Below, piece after piece: positions 1 to 12,399 of a stretch of DNA of 64,000 nt (positions within the stretch are counted from its first letter, which is position 1; each line of letters opens with the position of its first letter). This stretch comes from Lama glama. Taxonomy: Eukaryota. The stretch covers positions 84,632,001 through 84,696,000 of the forward strand of contig CM052816.1 of the NCBI GenBank assembly GCA_028534125.1, written 5' to 3'. Both the position numbers and the translations under genes were made by a program. The notes beneath the pieces are model-generated. The model was not told the DNA's origin and searched no databases. It was given only the letters and a program-made list of their open reading frames with translations.

Positions 1-879
1 ATTAAGCAGCTGTTAAATGTTGAATTAGAAAAAACAAGTTGAAATATAAAATGAAACAGAGTGTTAGAAGGTCAACAGGATCATAAGATATGATAACAAC
101 AAGCAAGCAAGCAGAATTCTACAGCAAGGAAGAGTCGTACCAGAAGAGTCAAAGCATAAGCACTACCTGTAGAGACTGTTTGTTGGAGTAAAAAGGGAAA
201 TTGACATGAGACAAAAACTTCCTAGGAGTTTGTTTTGGAGTAAGACATTATTTACCTTGGCATGCAAATTTAAACAGAGAATCTAAGATAGGAGGGCAGG
301 ATATAATTGAAAAGTTTTCTTTTTCTTTCTAAAGCACTGTGTAATTTCATGGATAATTGAAAATTTCCATTTCAAAATATATTCAATTCTCCAAGAAATT
401 TGCTTGTCAATAAAATTTCCACTCTTGTTAAAATGAACAAAGGGAGATCCACAAAGGTTGGTTACATGTACAATAATTAAAAGCAGTACACCTGCAGTTG
501 AGGATGAGGCAATACGTATATATTACAATTCTAAGGACATTTTAATAAAAGAGTTGTTTCACTTCATTAACATCAGCTTTTTTACTTAAAGGTGAAATTA
601 AATAAATGAATTATTAATACTTCTTTTATACTTGTATAATGTGATTGACCACACACTTGAAATATACACCTAATTTTACCAAACTTTTATTCTAATAGTT
701 CCATTTTACCATGAAATGAGCATATCATGGATTGGGAATAAATTTAAATTATTGTACAACCGACTTATGATTTTTGTTGTATTTTTCAACTATTTTATGT
801 ACTAAAGAGTAAACACAAGTTGTAATCCAACGATATATAGCAACAATTTGGCTTGCATGAAATATGTTATATTTGATTA

Positions 880-1740
880 TATCGAATTCATTTTTGTACA
901 TGGTTTGAGGTGGAGGTCAGGTTTCACTTTTTCTCCACTTGTGTATTCAGTTGATCTCACACCATTTATTGAAAAAACTATCCTTCCTTGAATATATTAT
1001 AATGTTACTTGTCCTAAATTAAGTGAACATATATGAAGTAGGTATTTCTGAACTCTCTCTTCTGTTTCATTGGTTTTATCCTTCCTTGTGCTTATAAGAT
1101 GCCAAATTTATATTAGCTTTACAATAATTTTTGATCTCTGGTTGTGTTATTCTTCCAAATTTGCTCTTCCTTAAGTAGTTTTCTTATTCTTAGCTCTTTT
1201 TACATATGCCATTTTAAAGTCTGGCCACCAATTAAAACATATACACACACAAATTTGCTGTGACGGAGATTGTATTTAATTTGAATCTAGCATAAATATA
1301 GTGATAATTAACATATTGTAATTATTGAGTCTTCCAGTACATGAGTGTATTTCTATATTTATACAGGTCTTAAATTTCTCTCAACAATTTTGTTTATGTG
1401 TATGTGTGTAGGTGTCTTACAATGTTACCTTCATTTGATTTTCTTTGTAACATTGTGAATGCCACTGTTTTTAAAATTTTTATTTTTTTATTGTTGCTTT
1501 CATGTGGACAATTGGTTTTGTACATCAGCTTTGTAGGATGATGGATTCCTTTATCAATTTTAAGAGTCTATGTGAAGATTTTTGGGTTTTCTAAGTACAC
1601 ATTCATCTTCTCAGCAAATAATGAGAATTTTATTGCTTTATTCCGTTTCTTACAACTTACATTTCTTTGTATGTCTTCATCACCTTGACTAAGTTCTCCA
1701 GGATAATTGTGAAGAGACAAAGCAACATAGAGAGCACTGT
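880..1740 (-). mobile_element. Ancient LINE-1 (L1M-type) ORF2 3' region fragment
   Basis: T-rich antisense L1 text such as 'tattcagttgatctcacaccatttattgaaaa...tccttcc' and 'attattgagtcttccagtacatgag'. Highly decayed. Confidence 0.7.
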
Positions 1741-2135
1741 GGCCTCATTCTGCAGTGAGAACATGGGTCTGAGAACGGATATGCATTCTCAGTATCACTG
1801 GGGCCCTTAGTCTTCCCCCCTTTATAAATGTGTGAGATTAGGATGAACTTTCAAATTTACATGGTAGAAAGAAAAGCAGGACATTATTGTCTTACTGCAT
1901 TACTTAATATTTAGCTTATTCTGAAATATATTCCATACTGTTATACATGTTTGCTATTGCAGAAAGCAAGATTAATCAGTCAGAATCTACAGTACTGTAA
2001 TATTTTCAGTCCTTTGACTAGCAGTCTAATCTTATGTATTTTCAATTTTGGTAAATATTCAATATGACCTTCAATGCAATGTATATTCTGTAATTGCTGA
2101 ATGTGCTATAGAATATATGTCAATTAAGACTTCTT

Positions 2136-2507
2136 TGCTATGAACTAAATGTTTGCATCCCCCCCAAATCCACATGTTAAAACCTTAGCCCTCAACGTGA
2201 CTGTATTAGGAGATGAACCTTTTTGGAAGGCAATTAGGTTTACATGAGCTCATGAAGATGGTGCCCTCATAGTGGGATTAGTGCCCTTAGAAGAAGAGGC
2301 CAGAGGGCTTGCTTTCTCTCTCTCCCCACCAGATAAGGACACAGGAAGAAGGCTGCCATCTTGTGTGACAGCTCTCACCAGGAATAAAATCAGCAGGCTC
2401 CTTGATCTTGGACTTCCCTGCCTATAGAACTATGAGAAATAAATATTTGTTGTATAAACCATCCAGTCTTTGCTATCTGATTAAAGCACCCAAAATTGAC
2501 TAAGACA
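2136..2507 (+). mobile_element. MaLR solo LTR (MLT1A-like)
   Basis: Starts 'tgctatgaactaaatgtttgcatcccccccaaatccacatgttaaaacc', contains 'ttgatcttggacttccc...agaactatgagaaataaat' and ends 'gactaagaca'. Confidence 0.85.
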
Positions 2508-5500
2508 AATATTTTATATCCTTGAAGACTTTTTAAAATGCTTCTTTTCAGTTAGAGATTTTCCTATTTTTCATTTTATTTTCCAGATGTTTTATTCTTT
2601 GTAAGTTTAGAGGCAATAGTTCTAGATGCACAAAGATTGATACTTTGAATTGAACATAAGCTGATCTAAAATATGATCCCTCTCCCCTATTTCATCATTA
2701 TTGATTGATTCTCACTCAAACTCTTCATCCTTTTACTACAGGAAAAGTTTGATCAATTGAATCTGCTGTTGACAGAGTAATGGATGCATTCTGTGGGGTG
2801 AAAGAGGGATATTCTCTAATCTCAGCTTTAAAGAAAGATTTCTAAGTGATTTAATAACATTATTTTTAAAAATATATAGTCTGCATGCACTAAAATTATT
2901 GAGAAAACACATAAGTATCTGATATTCATATGACATGTTTTAATGACTCAAGAAATAGACTTAACAGGCATTTTATCATCACTGTTCAGTAGGACAGCAA
3001 ATAAACTGCTATAAATCTGAAGTTTCAACTGATTTTTTTTATTGCTACCAGTGCTTAACCATTTTCATATAATGATTCCATATGGCCATTAAACTTGCAC
3101 CTACTTGTTTCTATATAACATGTAGAATTTTTTACATTAGAGAGAAAAGTTTTATTATAATAAGAATGATTTTTCAGTGTGAAGAGCTCTGTGGACATTT
3201 ATTTTGTTTTATTATTAATGGCTGAGGTAGCTACACAATTATACTTGACTTAAAACAATTCTAGTTTAAAAGAGTTGTGAGTTGGTATATGTACAAGAAT
3301 TTTGAATACTCAGTCCCCTGTTCATCTGCACAATGTAGTGGGTTAGAAGCTATGCTGAAAAGATCTCTACCCTGCCCAAAGGCACTCATTCAGGTACCCA
3401 CCGAGCCACTGTCAAATCGCCTTTCACTCAGGCACACATCCTGGCTAGACTATTCAATTTCCACAGGAGAAGGTCAACTCTATTCCGAGGTTGACTGTCT
3501 GTTAGCACATATAGGTCAATATTTATCTGGCAGCATAGAATTGCTTTATTCCAATTACTTGCCAGGGAATACAATCTCACATTCCCTCCTGCCCAATATC
3601 TATCTATCAAAGGCCCTTCTGAGAGAAGTCTATTTGTAGAGCATTTCTTCAAGGCTGCTCTGTTTATCAGTTCTTCCACATAATCTGAAATTCACTGTGC
3701 AATATTTCAGACAGTCAAAGCAAGTAATTGCATCATATCCTGGTTTTTTTCTGATTCCTCTCCCCAAAATCATAGCTATTGAATTATGCATTTGTGTAAA
3801 TCCATTGCCATTAAAAGAAACAATCAGTTGTGTTATCTATAGTTAGGACACAATTGGGGATAATTCCTTTGAAGAGATGTCTTTCTATTGTTTTGTTTTT
3901 TGGGTTTTTTTAGTTTGGTGTTTTTTGCTTTTTGTTGGTATATTTTATCCTTATGATTTTATTTAGAATTGCTCACATTTCTCTTAAGCAAGTAGATTTG
4001 CTTTGAGCTGACGGACTCTGTATATTGTTAGACAGAAGAGGTTTCTCATTTTGTTCCTGCTGCCAGAAAGCTAAGGACTACATCAAAGCACATCCTTGGC
4101 AAGTATATAACCTTCTTACATGTGTATTTTATAACATTATCGTATTCAAATAACATGCTTCCTTATTTTACTCTTTTTCAACTGCTTCAAATTTATGTTG
4201 TGTATCACCAAATGTTGCTTTAAATTATTTTTGGAATAAAAAAGTGGAGCATAAATAAATTTGTAAATAAGTAGAAAAGTAAATACTATAATCAATGATA
4301 TTTCACAGTTTTATAAATGCTGGTAAATTAGGACTCTCTAGATTCATTTTCTTAATGCAATCAATTATGCAAGTAGTGTTTATAAAGGATTTTGTTCAAG
4401 ATTTGAGCCTTAAAAATCTTTTATTATATTAAAGCGATTAACAGAAGAGAATCATTCATAATACTGGAAGGTCCTTGTTTCAAAATGCATTTGGTTTTTC
4501 TTTTCATGATCCAATAATTTAAGATTAATTATCTGAGACAGACAGGAAGTTTAACCAGTTTTTTTTCTAGAGTCCCATAGAGGGAGACCGCTACTCTGAA
4601 GAAATTTATTTTGTAATTGAACATTTGATTTTATATATAAACATATCCTAAATAGTGACCCCTATTTGATAATAATTCTACTTTGAAGTTGCTGTAGCAT
4701 AATTTATTACATATGGATCTTAAATACCTTATTATATTAGTTGAGATAACTTTCTTATATATAAGCTATTATGTCCTGAGTTGGTCAGTTTGGTAAATGT
4801 GACATTTAAACATCATAAGAGATAGGCAATAATACTCAACAAGGAATTTTTTAATCATCTCTAAAATTAAGAATTCAATCTAAGAATTTTGCCAAATTTC
4901 CTTACAATTCTTATTTATATGTTATCCACATCCTTGTTAGCTATATTTATATGTAATTTTATGTTTTTAAATTTTAACATATACATTAAATATATATGTA
5001 TATATAAACTGTACATAAGTTGATCTTATGACTAATATAGTTACAAAATATCAGAAAAAGACCAGGAATTATGAGAGTAGCCTTCAGATATTAAATGAGA
5101 AATTGCTTTACCCTCACAGTTTTTTTTCAACAGTGAGACCCAATGGCTTTCTATAATTTTATATGTATATATGTTTATAGATGTATTTCCATATGTATCA
5201 TACATAGTAAATTTGTGTGTGTATATGTATATATATATATATGCACACATATATACTCATATATACACATACATATTTCTAAAATATTTTAAATATCCTT
5301 TCTTTTAAGATTAACATACAAGTTTCTCTTTTTATTCATACTATAAAATCTTATACTAGATGATCTTTGATTTCAACTTATTAGTGTTTAAATCAGTAAG
5401 ATTTATCTGGTCTGGCATAGCATAGTATTATAATCATCTAGTAGCAGAGAATTGAAGACTAAATAATTGAATATTTTAGAAAACCATTAGTGACTTTTCT

Positions 5501-6959
5501 GATTTCTTTCATGTGTCATACTCATAATACATTTTATACTTGATTTTCAATAAATGGTTATACACTGTATATTTTCTGGCATGATTTTAGAATTAATGGT
5601 GCAATGTCATGATCTGTCTAAATTTTGCTCCATTTTTTGTTTGAAAACTCTTGGAGAACAAAATTTATAAACTAGTAATCTTTTCCAAGTGAAAACTTAA
5701 CAATCTTTCACTAATCTAGGATTATTGTTTTTTCAGACCATGTCTGGACTTGAAAACTTTTCATTTCAGGTCAGATTATTAAATGTCAAGCAAAAACAAG
5801 AATTTTCAAGACAATATCTGGTTGGTAAAATACATTTTGGATATTGATTTGGAACTATTAGATGAATGTTTTAGGAAACTATTCTGGTCAGGGTCATAAT
5901 TCAGTTATAACACACAAGGAGACAAGACATAAGAATTACCACCTTCTATGATAAAAAGCCTGTTTTTAGGTTAAAAATAAATAATGGCTCTGAAAATGTC
6001 TCTTCTACAAATAGGAGAGCCCACTTGGAAAGAGAAAATAGTGACCTTGTAGTATGAAATTGCCAATGATTGCAATATGAAAATTGTAGGAAAACCCACT
6101 CTTAAAGTGTTACCTTTTGGTGACAAGAGGTCATTTTACTACTAAATTCCATAATTGACTGCTCTATTTCCAACTGAGTGAGAAAGAGGTTTAAATTTTG
6201 CCATCAATTTCTTTCTTCAAAAAAAAAAATGTGGATCTCAACAGCTGGTGCAACTCTGTGGGATTGGAAGAAGGCACACAATCCAGAAACATCTCCTTCA
6301 AGATGCAAGGACAGAAATGGAACATTTCCCCAACACCTGAGCATTTCAGGACACTGCCCTAGGGAAAGGAGCAGGTCGATGTCAGCACCCAGGCACAGCA
6401 CCATCAATTCTACTAGTTCTACATGCTCGGCTCTTCGGTTTATTTAGTTAAAACAATACAGGTGTGACTCAAACTTTTGTTAAGGGGAATATTAATAAAG
6501 GAATATTCTAAATGTATACAAATCTCAGGAGGAGAAGATATTTTGTTGTCATTTATTAACTAATGCATTTACTGATAAATGTATGATAAAATATGATAAA
6601 TACATTTTAGATAGGTACAAAATGTATAAATGGATTTATAACAAATTTTGTTCTTGAAGGTAAGGAATTGAATTATTACTGAGATATGAATGACTGAAAA
6701 ATTGATTTATGGAATGTCACTTGGTAAGCAATCCATTGCAAGATTTTATTCCTAAAAGAGACAAAACCAATCCTCAGAGTAACTTTGTGATCCTGGTTAT
6801 TTATGAATTTTCTTATTCTGTTAAGGAGTAAAGAAATTTACAAAAATATGCATACAACTCTAAGCACACTTCTCCCTAACATTTGTGGAAACAGGACAAA
6901 AGAACAAATGGAAATATATATAAATTAAACAAAGACCACATTCAGTTAACATATTTGGA

Positions 6960-7325
6960 CTGCTCAGTGTTCTACCCTTAAGTATGACAGCTCAAAGAGA
7001 ACCAGACACACCAGACCCTTGGCCAACTCATCTTCTATTTCTACCCCTGGCTTTATGGCTGTGCCAACAGGATCCTCACCGAATATGGGTGAACATCCAA
7101 ACTTAATGCCCAGTTTCTGTCCAGCCCTCTACAAGAAGCTGTGCCTTGTCACCCCCTTGGGCATAATCAAATGCACCCTGGTTGTAGAATGTGCATTCTG
7201 TAGGATGGACTTAGGGGAAAATTCTGCACAAGCCCTGAAAATGGATTTGAGATCATCCGGGAAGAAGATCCCAGCTTTCCAGGTATGTGGCATGTGGATC
7301 AAAAGGGGAATGTGAGTTATGGTAG
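6960..7325. mobile_element. Possible ancient DNA-transposon relic (hAT-Tip100/MER115-like)
   Basis: GC-richer island whose text 'ggatggacttaggggaaaattctgcacaagccctgaaaatggatttgagatcatccgggaag' resembles my recollection of old hAT-Tip100 consensus sequences. No termini identified. Confidence 0.3.
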
Positions 7326-7699
7326 TGGGGATCAGATCCAAGCCTGAAATTCTGGCTTTTATATTTGTCCTTTTCCCTAACCCTACCATTATGCCTAACC
7401 CTAGGCATAGCCACAACAGTTCCTCCACACATACATAATAAATTTCTTTCTAGACATTGTTTGACACCAGTATCCATAATGGTTTTGGGAATTAAAGAAG
7501 ATTCTTCAAGTAGATTGCTTTATGAAAATAAAGAGTATTGGATGGTCTTGATTATGCTTAATACTTTTTCCCCCTAGGGACAGAAAAATATTTTAAAAAT
7601 GTACTTAATGTACTTCTTTTTTCTCCTAGATTATAAAATCTGGATGAAATAAGATTTATGCTGCTGAAATAGTGAACACAAAGTGTTCCTAATATAGCA

Positions 7700-7930
7700 T
7701 ACTGATTACATTCAGATTCAGATCAGACATTGAATTAAATCCTGGTTCATTGTTAATAGGTTCACTGTTAATAACTGCCCAGCCTGGGACAAGTTACTGT
7801 TTCTCTCTTTTCTTAAACGCTAATGTCTGTAACAAAGACATTTAAAATAGTATCTACTTTATGGGGTTATTTCACTTAGCATAGTTCCAGGCATATAATA
7901 GGCACTATATGAATAACTATTTCATATTAT
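7700..7930 (+). mobile_element. MIR SINE
   Basis: 'tcagacattgaattaaatcctggttc...ctgggacaagttact...tctgtaac...aatagtatctactttatggggtt...cacttagcatagttccaggcatataataggcact' follows the MIR core and tail. Confidence 0.75.
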
Positions 7931-8187
7931 AGTTTTGTCTAATGATAAAGGAATAAAGAACAATATAAAAAACAAGAGTGTTAACAATATTAATAAAATA
8001 AACCTTATGAAATTCTGGAAATAAATTCAGGATCATAAAGAACAAAAAAAAAAAGCTTTGCCTTTGTATCTCTACAATTATGCAGGCTTTGGTGGGGGGA
8101 TAAGGAATTTAGACATGAACATTCAATATTGTAAGTCCCATTATTTTGCTGTTTTTTTGTTATAAAGACTAATTCTGCACTGTGTGC

Positions 8188-8574
8188 TGCTATAGTGGTT
8201 TGAATAGTGGTCCCAAAATGGTATATCCAAGTTCTAATCCTTGGAAACATGATATTTGCAGATGTGATGATCTCTAGATTCTAAATCTAAGGACACTGTC
8301 CTAGAAGAAGACATAAGAACACACAGAGAGAAAGATCACGTGAAGACAGAGGCGGAGATTGAAGTGATGTGTCTGTAAACCACCGCAAGCTGGCAGCCGC
8401 CACAAATTAGGAGTGAGACATAAAACAGATTCTCTCTTAGAGCCTCCAGAAAAAAACCAACACAACTCCTTCATTTCAAACCTCTGTCCTCCTGAATTGT
8501 TATAAAATACAATTATGTTGTTTTAAGCCACTATGTTTGTGACAATTTATATGAGAACCCTAGAAAATAAAGAC
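8188..8574 (+). mobile_element. MaLR solo LTR (MLT1C/D-like)
   Basis: 'gtggtttgaatagtggtcccaaaa', 'cacgtgaagacagaggcggagattgaagtgatg', 'gattctctcttagagcctccaga' and 'ttttaagccactatgtttgtgacaattt'. Confidence 0.85.
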
Positions 8575-8619
8575 AGCTCTCTCTCCTATATTTGATGTTT
8601 TAATGTCTCTCTCTCTCTC

Positions 8620-8790
8620 TTTTTAGCTTACTACAAGATATTGAGTATAGTTCCCTGTGCTATGCAGAAGAAACTTGTATATTTTGTACGCAGTAGTAGC
8701 ATTTGCAAATCTTGATCTCCCTATTTATCCCTTCCCATCCCCTTTCTCCCAGTAGCCATGTTTTTTTACCATGTTTGTGAGTCTGTTTCT
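8620..8790 (-). mobile_element. LINE-1 3' UTR fragment (artiodactyl type)
   Basis: 'tactacaagatattgagtatagttccctgtgctat...tttgtgagtctgtttct' is the antisense of the L1 3' end seen at 33500-33700 and 60000. Confidence 0.8.
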
Positions 8791-8809
8791 GACTAATTTC
8801 TAAAATTAA

Positions 8810-9224
8810 TGTCGTTTAATTTTAAAATTTGAATTCTGACATTCAACAGACCCAAAATAGAGTCACTTGTGATAAACCTAGGTCACCAAACCAAGACTTA
8901 ATACCTAACTGAATTGCATTTCAGCCCTCCCCAAGAATGTGCTCTTAGTCGGTCAGTCTGGAATTTCCTGGTCAGCACCAGCAAGGTAATCCCCATCCTA
9001 GACCCCTTTGTCCCCCAAAAGGAAGGTGGCCTTGTCTGAAATAATCCTTTTCTTAAATTATGACTTCCTTGTCTCACCCCCTCTCTGCCTTTAAAACCCT
9101 TTCCTTTTCTGGAGCTCCTTGGAGCTCCTTTCTATTTGCCAGAAGAAACGCTGTGCAGTTCATGAATTATTTAATAAGCCAATTAAATCTTTGAATTTAT
9201 TCAGTTGAACTTCTCTTTTTAACT
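8810..9224 (+). repeat. 5' LTR of provirus 1
   Basis: Aligns by eye to 16565-16934 (shared 'tcaccaaaccaa', 'ccaagaatgtgctctta', 'gtcagtctggaatttcctggtcagcacc', 'tatgacttccttgtc'). The exact 5' boundary is uncertain. Confidence 0.85.
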
Positions 9225-9230
9225 CTGATT

Positions 9231-9248
9231 TGGTGGCAGTGACAAGAT
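9231..9248 (+). promoter_or_regulatory. Primer-binding site, tRNA-Leu(AAG/TAG)-like
   Basis: TGGTGGCAGTGACAAGAT just after the LTR. It matches 13/18 positions of the complement of the tRNA-Leu 3' end (TGGTGGCAGCGGTGGGAT) and all mismatches are transitions. Confidence 0.65.
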
Positions 9249-10069
9249 CCGAAGCAGACTTCTGAAGGCACTATGTGAGGAAAAGCAAGGGTGTGGTGAC
9301 TGTGAATCCGTTTGGTGTTCACTGTCATTCTTCCCATTTCCAAGGGCTGTGGAGAAGTTCCTCTTAGTTCTGAACTCCACTCTTTTTGTGTCAAACTCCC
9401 AGTCTAACTAGCTTTTCTTCACAGGACAGGTTAGCTTGAGCTGGTAAATGGTTTCACCCAAAGCCCAGTTTCCTAGCCTTCATTTTGGACTGCAATTCTT
9501 GCGTTTTTGAATAGAAAACCCCAGCCCTTAATTCTATTCCAAAATCCAGTCGGGAACTGTCAGTGACAATGTGCAGTTCCCCACTTATGTGGAGCCCTCA
9601 GTGTGCAGGCCCCCTTTAGTTGTGATCTGATGGTTCAATCCTATCCCCAGCCCAAGGTTCCATGGTGGGAAATTGTTGGTGGCAAGCATAAGACCTTTTT
9701 TTTTCTTGGCCAGGACACAGCAACATCTCCTGGTTACAGCCAGTGTATGAAAGTTCCCGTGTTTGCTCGTCATGTTTTGAATAGATAAAGACTAATTGCT
9801 AGTGGGAATCTCAGCAGTCAAAGAAGCCACAAAAAGTGGTGTGCTTGGTTGAACATTTAAGAGCTATTAGAACATTTACCACCTAACCCAAAGGCTCCTG
9901 TGCTACAACAAGTTGGTCATGGAACAGATTAGATTACACTAGGTCACCTGCTAATAAGACAATTTCCATGCAACAAGGTACACTGTGAAATACCACACAA
10001 TCTCCAACCCCATGGCACACCCTACTTAGGCATTCATTCGGCTCTGAGAGACCCAAAGGCTTGGCTAAA

Positions 10070-11900
10070 ATGAACAAATAAATTATAGTAAAATAAAAAT
10101 CCTTAAATTACAAAGAGTCGGACGTGTCACGTTCTGGCACACTTGCTTATTTTATGTCTAAGAAATGCAGTCCCGGAAGCTGTAGATATCTGCAAAAATG
10201 GCAAAACCTTACTAAAAACAACACAGAATTACAACGGCCATCATGGGAAATGTTCTATTTAAACAAGATTATTCATTTAAGAAATGCTCTTTAAAGTAAG
10301 GTTCCCAAATTGAACAATACCTCATTACAAGATTTCATACAAAAGGCTAATGAAAAGTTAGAGACATAGAAGCACCCAATCCAAAACACGATAGGACTGA
10401 CCTGACTCCTTCTGCTTCCCTCTATTCCTCTTCACTTGCGTACTCACTTTTTACTCATTGTTTGTCTGATCTATCTTTCTCTGCTTTGAGGAGATAAGAA
10501 TTTTTAAAATAAAATTACCCAAAGTGGCAGCTGAACCTCCATGTGTGTCTTTCACCCCTTGGTCAAAGACCAAACTAAAGGCCATGGTTGAAGAATTTCC
10601 TAAACTTAGGGAGGAAACCATAGCTTTTTTTTTTGAACAATTAAGATTCATTATTGGGCCTATATGACCACAAACTGCCAGATCTTTACCAGCTTGTGCA
10701 CATGGTGGGAGCGTTACCCAAAAGGGAAACAGAAAAGACCCCAATTCTTATCTTACCCAAAAGATAAGATTACAGATGGAAGATGGAAAGTGTGGAGTAA
10801 CAAAAAGATTTTAAAAGATTTATTTAGGAAAAGAAGAGTACATCTCCAGGAACAGAAGGTGGGCTGATTCACAGGAGAATCATGGTGGTCTCTGTCTTCC
10901 CTTTTTCTTATACCCTCACTTAGAGGTGGTCTTTTGATTGATTGACTGCTCTTCTCCCTGGAACGCTTAGTCGTGTTTAGTCCCTTTGCACATGTCCTTA
11001 CCTGTGATGTACACAGCAAAATCCATGGGGGGCCTAAACTGCAATGTTAATTCCAATACAGCGAGCACTGGGTCATGTCCAGCTGACTTCCTTCTGTTAC
11101 TGTGCTGTGGTAGCTGTTGGGTCTTCAGCAGTTTCTTGCTGGCACTTCTTTAGAGCTGGAGGTGGGCACAATGCCATCTTCTGACCATTCTCCTTCTCCT
11201 CCACCTATCTGCCCAGTGCCCCCACTTACCTAACAGCTAACAATAGGACCTGGAGAAGCCCAAAAATGGAAGCAGGAAACAAAACAGAAATACTCTGAGG
11301 ATGAGAATGGAGATTCTTGTTCTTCAATATGTTCCTTTAGTGGACAAGAAAAAGGTTGCAAAATAGCTACTGAATTTTTACAAGCCATTTCTTGACTCTT
11401 CCCTGCCCACAATGATAGGTTGATTATTCAAATGTGCAAACAAAAAAAAAGATGAATTTATGGCAGACTTTAAAGACCATTTAGAAATCCTCTTCCTATA
11501 GCATTCAGGATTCCGCATGATAAATAAGGTCAACCAATCTGCTCTAGCTTCCCTGTTTGTAAATGGATTATCTCATGAGTTTAATGGATTGATAAAAAGG
11601 CAGAAAATAGAATGAGAGGCCACCAGTCTGACTGAATTCATGACCACAGCTGAGCATTTCGAAAGGACTTTAGAGCAAGACTGCAGGCAAAATACTGCCA
11701 AGCGGTTGGCCTTACAGCTAGAACAGCTCCAAAGCCAGAGACCTAAAATGACACTTTGACCCTCCCACCTCCAATGCACCCTTCTAAGGGTCCACCACCC
11801 AAACTATGGCTCAAGGACTGATTCATCTGTAATCAACTGGGACACAGGAAAGAAAATTATCCTCAAAGGTCCTACACAAATTCTTTACCTCAAGGGCCCC
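10070..11900 (+). pseudogene. gag: ERV gag remnant (MA, CA, NC), interrupted by a solo LTR
   Basis: Translated pieces: 'GTLAYFMSKKCSPGSCRYLQKWQNLTKNNTELQRPSW' (MA-like), 'FTPWSKTKLKAMVEEFPKLREE' and 'PDLYQLVH...IGPGEAQKW' (CA), and an eroded zinc knuckle '*FICNQLGHRKENYP' near 11820-11865. Confidence 0.85.
10706..11242 (-). mobile_element. Solo LTR nested antisense in gag
   Basis: TG...CA ends with a candidate 4-bp TSD ATGG/ATAG. On the - strand a TATA-like 'gggtataagaa' (about 10910) precedes AATAAA (about 10820). Removing the insert rejoins 'LVH' to 'IGPGEAQKW'. Confidence 0.75.
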
Positions 11901-11929
11901 CATACAGGTCCCTCCCAGAATCGATGGGA

Positions 11930-12300
11930 CTCTGAGGGGTTCTCCAGTAAACTGTTACCATAATTCTCTTAAACAGCTAAGGAGTGACTAAAATTAAAAT
12001 TAGTGGGAAACCTTGCAAAATTCTAGTTGATACTAGAGCTACACTTTGTATTTCAAACCCCACCTCATGGGACAATAAATCCCTTGGAGTGAAAAAAAGG
12101 TTTTTGTAATGAAGTATCTAGTAAAGTACAGCTAGAATATATAGAATATAGAATATAGAAATTGTAACCAGTGCAAAGGACTCTGGGACCTTTTACTGAA
12201 AAGCATTTGTTTTTGTTATGGGATACAGTCTCCATCTATTAGGGAGAGATCTCCTTTCTAATTTAAAAGAGCTAATACATTTTACTTTCTTGGAGACCTG
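11930..12300 (+). pseudogene. pro: Retroviral aspartic protease remnant
   Basis: 'KILVDTRATL' (about 12018-12047, eroded D-T-G-A active site) and 'LLGRDLLS' (about 12237-12260). Confidence 0.85.
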
Positions 12301-12399
12301 GCTTTAGAATTGTCAGAGCAACCTGAACCCGATACTTTATGCTCTTTACAGTTTATCCTCAATACAGAAGAGGAAAATGCCAAAAGGAATCCCCTAACT

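Noticed and set aside
2720..2800. Polypyrimidine tract plus AG followed by 'EKFDQLNLLLTE*' as a possible terminal coding exon
   Set aside because: All three frames stop quickly, I do not recognise the peptide, and no partner exons are visible.
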